DNA from: a virus
Direction: 5' to 3' (one strand)
IMG/VR virus record: IMGVR_UViG_3300025508_000006
Location: 32,001-96,000 of that record
Length of the DNA stretch: 64,000 nt
Part shown: piece after piece, positions 57,407 through 64,000 of the stretch
Position numbering within the stretch: position 1 is the first letter of the stretch
Layout: the number at the start of each line of letters is the position of its first letter
The notes under the pieces: model-generated
The model's input: only the letters and a program-made list of their open reading frames with translations
What the model was told of the DNA's origin: nothing
Databases searched by the model: none
Translations under genes and position numbers: made by a program

Positions 57407-59161
57407 ATGGCATTTATTCCATCAGAGTCTCCCAACATTACAGTAAAAGAGTTTGACTTGTCAGGTGTTGTTCCTGCGGTCACCACTTCTACTGGTGCAA
57501 TTGTTGGTGACTTTAACTGGGGACCTATAGGCGTACCAACAAAGATTTCAAACGAATCTGAATTGGTAGGTGTTTTCGGATCTCCTACATTAACAGACGA
57601 AGGTTCCGCAGTCGATTACTTGACCGCCGGCGCATTCTTAAAATATTCTAGCGATCTATTTGTTGTGCGTGATGCAACTATTGACGCAAAGAACTCATAC
57701 GATAGTGACGGCGCTGCTCTTGCTTCACTCATTAAAAACGACGACGATTTCTCGACTAGTAAATCCGCTCTTGTCACTGCTGGACATACGTTCATTGGCA
57801 AACACGCAGGTATTCTCGGCAATGACATCGACATTCAAATTGTAGGCACAAACGACTCAGCATGGGCAGCATTTGATCATGCAGGTTCATTCGATTCGAA
57901 ACCAGGTACATCTGCTCATGTCGCGGCACGATCCGCTGATGGCATTGCCGCTAACGACGAAGTTCACATTGCAGTTGTTGATCGCACTGGTCAATTCTCT
58001 GGTGTTGCAGGAACTCTTCTCGAAGCGTTTTCATTCGTATCTTTAGCAACCGATGCTAGAACTCCTGAAGGCGCATCTAACTTTGCAGTTGATGTAGTCA
58101 ATGCTGGTTCTGAGTATGTACGATGTGCTTCACTGCCCGACGAAGTAGCAGCAACACCTACGACTTCTATTCTGCACACTGCTGCCGTGAACGGTTCTCA
58201 ACTTTTCACTGCACCTGATACTACAGTTCTTAAAGGTGGTGCAAATAGCGGTACATTCACTACTGCGGAATATACCGGCGTAGATAAAGGATTCAATCTG
58301 TTCGCAGATGTAGATACTATTCAAGTAGATTTTCTGATTGCTCCTGGACTTGCTGCCTCAGCAGATCAAGTAACAGTCGTAAATGTCTTGACCGGTCTTG
58401 CTACTGCACGTAAAGATTGTGTTGTTGTAGCATCTCCTGCACGTAATGATGTTGTTGGTGTAGCACCTGGTACTATAGTGACAAACACAATTACTACTGC
58501 TAACTTGTTTAACGCATCATCTTACCTGATTGTGGATAACAACTATCTTAAAGTGTATGACAAGTACAATGATCAGTATGTTTATATTCCTGCGGCATCT
58601 TCAACTGCTGGTGTGATGGCACTGACCGATGACGTTTCAGCACCTTGGTTCTCTCCTGCAGGCAGTCGTCGTGGTCAATACTACGGTGTAACTAATCTTG
58701 CATACACAGCAACTAAAGCACAGCGTGATACTCTGTACAAAGCAGGCATTAACCCTATTGTTAATCTGCCAGGACAAGGTATTCTTCTGTATGGCGATAA
58801 GACTAAACTAGGTCGTCCATCTGCATTTGATCGTATCAACGTCCGTCGTCTGTTCTTAGGCGTAGAACGCGCAATCAAAGCGGCAGCACAGAACGTAATG
58901 TTTGAATTCAATGATGAGTTCACTCGTGCTGAGTTCGTAAACATAATCGAACCTTTCTTGAGAGAGATTAAGGGTCGTAGAGGTATTACTGATTTTAGAG
59001 TTGTATGTGACGAAACAAACAACACACCTTCAGTGATTGACAATAATCAATTTATCGCTTCTGTCTTTATCAAACCAGCACGATCTATCAACTACGTATC
59101 TTTGAACTTCGTAGCAGTTAGAACCGGTGTTGATTTCGATGAAGTAGTCGGTCTGGTATAA
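57407..59161 (+). CDS. 18: Tail sheath gp18
   Basis: SP...VKEFDL, F.WGP, PWFSPAG..RG, SAFDRINVRRLF, FEFNDEFTR and IKPARSINY. Confidence 0.97.
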   Translation: MAFIPSESPNITVKEFDLSGVVPAVTTSTGAIVGDFNWGPIGVPTKISNESELVGVFGSPTLTDEGSAVDYLTAGAFLKYSSDLFVVRDATIDAKNSYDSDGAALASLIKNDDDFSTSKSALVTAGHTFIGKHAGILGNDIDIQIVGTNDSAWAAFDHAGSFDSKPGTSAHVAARSADGIAANDEVHIAVVDRTGQFSGVAGTLLEAFSFVSLATDARTPEGASNFAVDVVNAGSEYVRCASLPDEVAATPTTSILHTAAVNGSQLFTAPDTTVLKGGANSGTFTTAEYTGVDKGFNLFADVDTIQVDFLIAPGLAASADQVTVVNVLTGLATARKDCVVVASPARNDVVGVAPGTIVTNTITTANLFNASSYLIVDNNYLKVYDKYNDQYVYIPAASSTAGVMALTDDVSAPWFSPAGSRRGQYYGVTNLAYTATKAQRDTLYKAGINPIVNLPGQGILLYGDKTKLGRPSAFDRINVRRLFLGVERAIKAAAQNVMFEFNDEFTRAEFVNIIEPFLREIKGRRGITDFRVVCDETNNTPSVIDNNQFIASVFIKPARSINYVSLNFVAVRTGVDFDEVVGLV

Positions 59162-59174
59162 GGGAGAATAGACA

Positions 59175-59702
59175 ATGGCAATTTTAGGCGTAGATGATTT
59201 TAAATCGAAACTCAGAGGGGGCGGTGCTCGTCCCAACCTGTTTAAGACAACCCTTAACTTTCCGGCATATGCTGGGGGTGACGTAGAACTTACGTCATTC
59301 CTTTGTAAGTCTGCACAGTTACCACAATCAAGCATGGCACCTCTTTTGGTACCATTCCGTGGTCGCGAGATGAAGATTGCTGGTGATCGTACATTCGAAG
59401 ATTGGACAGTAACCATTATTAACGATACTGATTTCGATGTTCGTGATGCTTTCGAGCGTTGGATGAACGGTATCAATGCACACCAATCTAACACTGGTCT
59501 AGTTAATCCTGTTGATTATCAAGCAGACTTAATCGTTGATCAGTTGGATCGTAACTCTGACGTGTTAAAGCGTTATCAGTTCAGAGGCGCTTTCCCAACA
59601 CTTGTAGGACCAATCGCCCTGAGTTATGACACTCGTGACGAAGTTGAAACCTTTGATGTGACATTCTCATATCAGTATTGGGAATCAAATACTACGAGTT
59701 AA
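59175..59702 (+). CDS. 19: Tail tube gp19
   Basis: GGGARPNLF, VPFRGR..KIAGDRTFEDWTVTIINDTDF and F.YQYWE. Confidence 0.97.
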   Translation: MAILGVDDFKSKLRGGGARPNLFKTTLNFPAYAGGDVELTSFLCKSAQLPQSSMAPLLVPFRGREMKIAGDRTFEDWTVTIINDTDFDVRDAFERWMNGINAHQSNTGLVNPVDYQADLIVDQLDRNSDVLKRYQFRGAFPTLVGPIALSYDTRDEVETFDVTFSYQYWESNTTS

Positions 59703-59711
59703 GATCGTACT

Positions 59712-59750
59712 AAATAATAGGGAGTGCTTCGGTGCTCCCTCATTATTATT
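59712..59750 (+). terminator. C(UUCG)G hairpin between gp19 and gp20 (terminator/stability element)
   Basis: AGGGAGTGC-TTCG-GTGCTCCCT flanked by AT-rich complementary arms. Confidence 0.7.
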
Positions 59751-59764
59751 TACTAGGAAAGAAT

Positions 59765-61387
59765 ATGGCAGACCAAGACAACAACGCATTAAAACTCTTT
59801 GGGTTCGAAATCAAAAGAGCAGGCAAAGCAAATTCTAATAAAGAGAAGTTGCCCTCTGTCGTGCCTCCAACAGACAATGACGGTGCAGGTTATGTAACTG
59901 CTACTGCTGGACACTTTGGTCAGTACGTAAACATGGACGGCGACCAGTCTAAAGACAACGCCCAGTTGATCATGCGTTATCGTGGTGTTTCAATGCATCC
60001 CGAAGTTGATATGGCAATCGAAGAAATTGTAAACGAAGGTATTTCATCATCAGAAAACTCATCATCGGTTGAGATTGCACTAGATGATATTGAAGCACCT
60101 GACAAAATTAAAGACCAGATTCGCGAGGAGTTTGATGACATCATTGCGATGCTCAAATTCAACGAGTTAGGTCATGATATATTCAGATCATTCTACGTAG
60201 ACGGCAGACTCTACTATCATTTGCTTGTTAATGAAAGCAACATGAAAGCGGGTATTCAAGAGATACGTAATATTGACAGTGCCAAAGTGCGCAAAGTTAA
60301 AGAAGTTAAGTACAAAAAGGACCAGAGGACTGGCGTTAAACTCGTTGACACTATTGACGAGTACTACGTATACGAAGACAAACCAGGTAATCAGAACAGC
60401 GGCGTTAAACTAGCGACTGATTCTATTGCATATGTTACTTCTGGTTTACTTGACGAGTCCAAGAAGAAAGTAGTATCTTATCTTCATAAAGCATTAAAAC
60501 CCATCAACCAATTGCGTATGATGGAAGACAGTCTTGTAATCTATAGACTTGCTCGTGCTCCAGAACGTCGAATCTTTTATATTGATGTCGGTAACTTGCC
60601 GCGCGGTAAGTCAGAGCAGTACATGAAAGACATTATGACACAGTATCGTAATAAGTTAGTTTACGATGCTGACACTGGTCAAATGAAAGATGATCGTAAG
60701 CATATGTCTATGCTCGAAGATTTCTGGTTGCCTCGTCGTGAAGGCGGTCGTGGGACTGAGATTAGTACACTGCCTGGCGGTGAGAATCTTGGACAGATTG
60801 ATGATGTTATCTACTTTCAGAAGCGTTTGTATCGTTCATTGAACGTTCCTGTGAGTCGCTTAGAGCAAGAAGCACAATTCTCATTGGGTCGTAGTACTGA
60901 GATTTCACGAGACGAAGTTAAGTTCCAAAAGTTCATTGATCGTCTGAGACGCAGATTCTCTGGTCTGTTCATGAATATCTTACGCAAGCAGTTATTACTC
61001 AAGGGTGTCATTACTGAGCAAGACTGGGAAGAGTGGAAAGATGACATCTATGTAGATTTCATGAAGGACAACCACTTCACCGAACTAAAGGAAATGGAAA
61101 TTCTTCGTGAACGTGTTGGTTTAATGAATGAAGTAACACAGTATGTTGGTGAATACTTCTCTAAAGATTGGGTTATGCGTAATGTACTTCAGTTAAGCGA
61201 AGACGATATGAAAGATATGCAAAAAGAAATTGACGCTGAAGTTAGCGATGATGAGATTGTTGACAGGCGACCAAGTGCAGAAGACGAGAAAGAAGAACCA
61301 GCACCTAAAACACCTGCTCCTAAAGCACCAGTTGCCGCACCTGCAACGCCAGTTAAGAAAGACATAGATACAACACAAGAAAAGTAA
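59765..61387 (+). CDS. 20: Portal protein gp20
   Basis: LFGFEI, YVDGR, SYLHKA.KP.NQLRMMEDSLVIYR..RAPERRIFYIDVGNLP and EDFWLPRREGGRGTEISTLPGG. Confidence 0.97.
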   Translation: MADQDNNALKLFGFEIKRAGKANSNKEKLPSVVPPTDNDGAGYVTATAGHFGQYVNMDGDQSKDNAQLIMRYRGVSMHPEVDMAIEEIVNEGISSSENSSSVEIALDDIEAPDKIKDQIREEFDDIIAMLKFNELGHDIFRSFYVDGRLYYHLLVNESNMKAGIQEIRNIDSAKVRKVKEVKYKKDQRTGVKLVDTIDEYYVYEDKPGNQNSGVKLATDSIAYVTSGLLDESKKKVVSYLHKALKPINQLRMMEDSLVIYRLARAPERRIFYIDVGNLPRGKSEQYMKDIMTQYRNKLVYDADTGQMKDDRKHMSMLEDFWLPRREGGRGTEISTLPGGENLGQIDDVIYFQKRLYRSLNVPVSRLEQEAQFSLGRSTEISRDEVKFQKFIDRLRRRFSGLFMNILRKQLLLKGVITEQDWEEWKDDIYVDFMKDNHFTELKEMEILRERVGLMNEVTQYVGEYFSKDWVMRNVLQLSEDDMKDMQKEIDAEVSDDEIVDRRPSAEDEKEEPAPKTPAPKAPVAAPATPVKKDIDTTQEK

Positions 61388-61409
61388 ACGATAAACTTTG
61401 GAGAATAGT

Positions 61410-61742
61410 ATGGCAGATGAAGACGTGATTATTGATGAAATACAAGCAGAACCTATCGAGACTGGTTCTGAACCTATCGCTGATTTAATTGATGCAATAA
61501 AGGCACAAGACTTTAATTCAGCAGAGTCACAATTTAATGATTTGATCGGAGACAGACTAGCAGATACTCTGGATCAAGCGAAGTTGAAGATTGCGGACGA
61601 AATCTTCAACGCACAGGCAGAGACTTGGGAAGAAGCGGGCGACGATGAGATTGATGAAGAAGCGGGCGACGATGAGATTGATGCCACCTTTGATGCCACC
61701 TTTGATGCCACCTTTGATGCCGTCTTCGCTGACGAAGTATAA
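61410..61742 (+). CDS. Acidic prohead core protein (gp67-like)
   Basis: Position after the portal; very acidic; LIDAI...DF..A...F. Confidence 0.6.
   Translation: MADEDVIIDEIQAEPIETGSEPIADLIDAIKAQDFNSAESQFNDLIGDRLADTLDQAKLKIADEIFNAQAETWEEAGDDEIDEEAGDDEIDATFDATFDATFDAVFADEV
61629..61718 (+). repeat. Perfect in-frame tandem repeats (27 nt x2, 12 nt x3)
   Basis: GAAGAAGCGGGCGACGATGAGATTGAT x2 then GCCACCTTTGAT x3. Confidence 0.9.
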
Positions 61743-61761
61743 ATACTAATAAGTATAAATA
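61738..61761 (+). promoter_or_regulatory. Tandem T4-type late promoters
   Basis: TATAAATA at 61738-61745 and 61754-61761. Confidence 0.75.
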
Positions 61762-61762
61762 A

Positions 61763-62401
61763 ATGCTAGTAGATAAAAAACTTGAAGTGGTCATTGATAA
61801 AGCATCAGAGGACCATCTTTATTACGTAATGAAGCACAAGGAACTGTTTGCAGATCCTATGCATCTTAGTACTGTTCAGTATATGAATGCTAAGAACATG
61901 CGTAATCAAATTAAGTTTAATGAGTTACTGTATAAGAGATTATTATCATTTGACAGAGAGGGAATATACCTAGATATTGGTGTAGGACCTGCCTTTCTTG
62001 AGTTTATTAATAATCAACTAGGTAAGAAGTTACATTTATCTACAGTAGAGTGGGAAGAACAAGTTGACCACTTTAAGTGTGTACGTGATTCGTGGAAAGT
62101 AAACGTCGATTACGAATGCAATGATATACTAAAAGATGATTTTAAAATACATAATTGTGAAACGTATTATGATTATGTATTACTTCAGAGATTCTTTCCT
62201 GTCTATAAGACTTCAGGAACAAAAAGAATTGATGATGTGCTGACTAAGTTTACACCTTATGCGAAAACCGCAATTATTATCGAGTCTGATACTAATTGGA
62301 CAAAAGCACAGTGGAAACATCTACTGGCGATAAGTAGAGAACGTATTAAAGTGTTCGGTAGTTTTAATATGTTCATCATAGATTTGGAACAGTATAAATG
62401 A
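61763..62401 (+). CDS. Class I SAM-dependent methyltransferase-like protein
   Basis: Motif I YLDIGVGPAF, acidic residue after the next strand (STVEW), NDIL and YDYVLL. Confidence 0.6.
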   Translation: MLVDKKLEVVIDKASEDHLYYVMKHKELFADPMHLSTVQYMNAKNMRNQIKFNELLYKRLLSFDREGIYLDIGVGPAFLEFINNQLGKKLHLSTVEWEEQVDHFKCVRDSWKVNVDYECNDILKDDFKIHNCETYYDYVLLQRFFPVYKTSGTKRIDDVLTKFTPYAKTAIIIESDTNWTKAQWKHLLAISRERIKVFGSFNMFIIDLEQYK

Positions 62402-62604
62402 GATCATTCAAAGAAATTAGAGAAGCGAAGACTAAGATGCCTCCGGGCGAACACGTCTTCGATAAGAAGGTTGGCAAAGTGAAGGTAATGATTCACAAAG
62501 ATGCCAAAGGATTTACCGTCTTTATTGATGGTGAAAAACTCGACACCTATCGTTCGCAGAAAGAAGCGGAAAAGATGGGCGTAGCATTTGCCAAGGAAAT
62601 GTAA
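62398..62604 (+). CDS. Small prohead core protein (gp68-like position)
   Basis: MRSFKEIRE start; located immediately before gp21. Confidence 0.5.
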   Translation: MRSFKEIREAKTKMPPGEHVFDKKVGKVKVMIHKDAKGFTVFIDGEKLDTYRSQKEAEKMGVAFAKEM

Positions 62605-63263
62605 TGAAACTGATCACTGAATACACAGAGAATGATGTACAATGCATTGTCGAAAAGAATGCACAAGGTGAGAAGAAGTTTGTCATTGAAGGCATCTTTA
62701 TGTCGGCAGAACAAAAGAATAGAAATGGTCGTATTTATCCCAAGCAGATTATGGAACGTGCTGTAGATAAATACGTCAAAGAACAAGTAAGTCAGAAGCG
62801 AGCGGTTGGTGAGTTGAATCATCCCGAAGGTCCGACTGTAAATCTTGATAAAGTTTCACACCTCATTACTGACCTTCAATGGGAAGGTAATGATGTTGTT
62901 GGAAAGGCACAAATATTGGATACTCCCATGGGTAGGATTGTAAAAGGTCTTCTCGAAGGTGGCGTTCAACTAGGTGTGTCAACTCGTGGTATGGGTAGTC
63001 TTGAGAATAGAAATGGCGTTATGTACGTTAAAGATGACTTTATGTTAAATACTGTTGACATCGTACAAGATCCATCGGCACCATCAGCATTTGTTAATGG
63101 TATCATGGAGGGCGTTGACTGGGTATGGAACAATGGTATCCTCTCTTCTCAAGTAATTGAAAATATGGAGACAGAAATAAGAACTGCTCCGAAAAAGCAT
63201 CTCTATGAGACGCAGGTTCGGGAGTACAAGAATTTCCTCTCATTACTCAAGTCAAACTATTAA
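62604..63263 (+). CDS. 21: Prohead protease gp21
   Basis: MKLITE, IEGIF, KNRNGRIYP, GELNHP, GVSTRGMGS and DIVQDPSAP.AFV.GIME. Confidence 0.97.
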   Translation: MKLITEYTENDVQCIVEKNAQGEKKFVIEGIFMSAEQKNRNGRIYPKQIMERAVDKYVKEQVSQKRAVGELNHPEGPTVNLDKVSHLITDLQWEGNDVVGKAQILDTPMGRIVKGLLEGGVQLGVSTRGMGSLENRNGVMYVKDDFMLNTVDIVQDPSAPSAFVNGIMEGVDWVWNNGILSSQVIENMETEIRTAPKKHLYETQVREYKNFLSLLKSNY

Positions 63264-63274
63264 GGAGTTACAAA

Positions 63275-64000
63275 ATGTCAGAAGTTGATATGAATGTTGA
63301 ACTTCCTATTGATGAGTCATCATTAGAGGAAGGAAGTGCTCAACAAATGCCAGTAGGCACCGAAGCAGATGCAATCGCGTCCGTAGATAAAGCAGAAGAT
63401 GGCGTTAAGTCTAAAGCACCAGCACGTAAGGGTGATAATACTAAACAAGATCCTGCACCAAAGACCAAAGCAGGTTTGCTAAATGCTATGTATGGTAAGT
63501 TATCTTCTATGAAGAAAGCAGACCTAAATGCACAGTATGAGAAGATGCAAGAAGACTTTGAAGATATGGAAGTTTCAGACGCAGTTGAACTGCCTGAGTT
63601 TTCTGTAACTGACGAGTTGAATGATCTTGTTGAATCAGAGCAAACTTTATCAGATGAGTTTAAAGCGAAAACTGCTGTAATCTTTGACACTGCTATTCGT
63701 TCAAAACTTTCAGAAGAAGTTGAAAGAATTGAAGATGAATACCAATCACGACTTGACGAAGAACTCGAGGCAACTCGCAGTGACCTAGTTGAGAAAGTAG
63801 ATTCATATCTTAACTACGTAGTTGAGAACTGGATGACTGAAAATCAGATTGCTGTTGAATCTGGTCTGCGTACTGAAATTGCTGAGAACTTTATGACTAG
63901 TCTGAAAGACTTGTTCGTAGAATCTTACATCGAAGTACCTGAGTCTAAAGTGAATCTTGTTGACGAACTAGCAGAGCAAGTTTCTGAGTTAGAAGAGAAA
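63275..64000 (+). CDS. 22: Prohead scaffold gp22 (3' truncated by window edge)
   Basis: AAGGAG SD then ATG 63275; LSDEFKAKTAVIFD.A, VEKVDSYLNYVVENWM.EN..AVE.GLRTEIAE.FM..LK.LF.E.YIEVP. Confidence 0.93.
   Translation, partial: MSEVDMNVELPIDESSLEEGSAQQMPVGTEADAIASVDKAEDGVKSKAPARKGDNTKQDPAPKTKAGLLNAMYGKLSSMKKADLNAQYEKMQEDFEDMEVSDAVELPEFSVTDELNDLVESEQTLSDEFKAKTAVIFDTAIRSKLSEEVERIEDEYQSRLDEELEATRSDLVEKVDSYLNYVVENWMTENQIAVESGLRTEIAENFMTSLKDLFVESYIEVPESKVNLVDELAEQVSELEEK

Noticed and set aside
59732-59764. Upstream GTG start for the portal
   Set aside because: It lies inside the UUCG hairpin; ATG 59765 has an AGGA SD.
1-64000. tRNA genes, introns, inteins, homing endonucleases, stop-codon recoding
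   Set aside because: No cloverleaf was seen in the short intergenic gaps; core genes (thyX, gp17, gp20, gp18) are of normal length and uninterrupted; TAA, TAG and TGA all end genes.

Overview
The window is a 64 kb segment of a T4-like (Tevenvirinae/Kyanoviridae-type) myophage, probably aquatic, at roughly 40% GC by eye. It has three parts. (1) 1-5020 is an early/replication block under consensus sigma70 promoters: heme oxygenase C-terminus, ferredoxin-dependent bilin reductase, thyX, a DenV-like glycosylase, gp33, DUF2452 and gp32. (2) 5021-9132 is a minus-strand tail/head-completion block: gp4, gp2, a gp54-like gene, gp26/gp51 and a tape-measure-like gene. (3) 9183-64000 is a long plus-strand late structural block under TATAAATA promoters: baseplate, fibres, neck, terminase, sheath, tube, portal, protease and scaffold. 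The most notable observations are as follows. A 3509-aa Tyr/acidic tetrad-repeat protein has two arms of about 1450 aa that mirror each other around a central globular domain, which suggests a giant antiparallel hairpin fibre. It is followed by a putative chaperone, a glycosyltransferase and a DSBH oxygenase-like gene. An Asp-Ser(-Ala/Val) motif is strongly enriched across virion proteins, suggesting a virion modification sequon. A lambda G/GT-like -1 frameshift signal joins gp26 to a start-less gp51 just before the tape measure gene. One gene has an AUU start, and gp5 is split around two different peptidoglycan hydrolases. All assignments come from motif recognition and synteny; no database searches were run.
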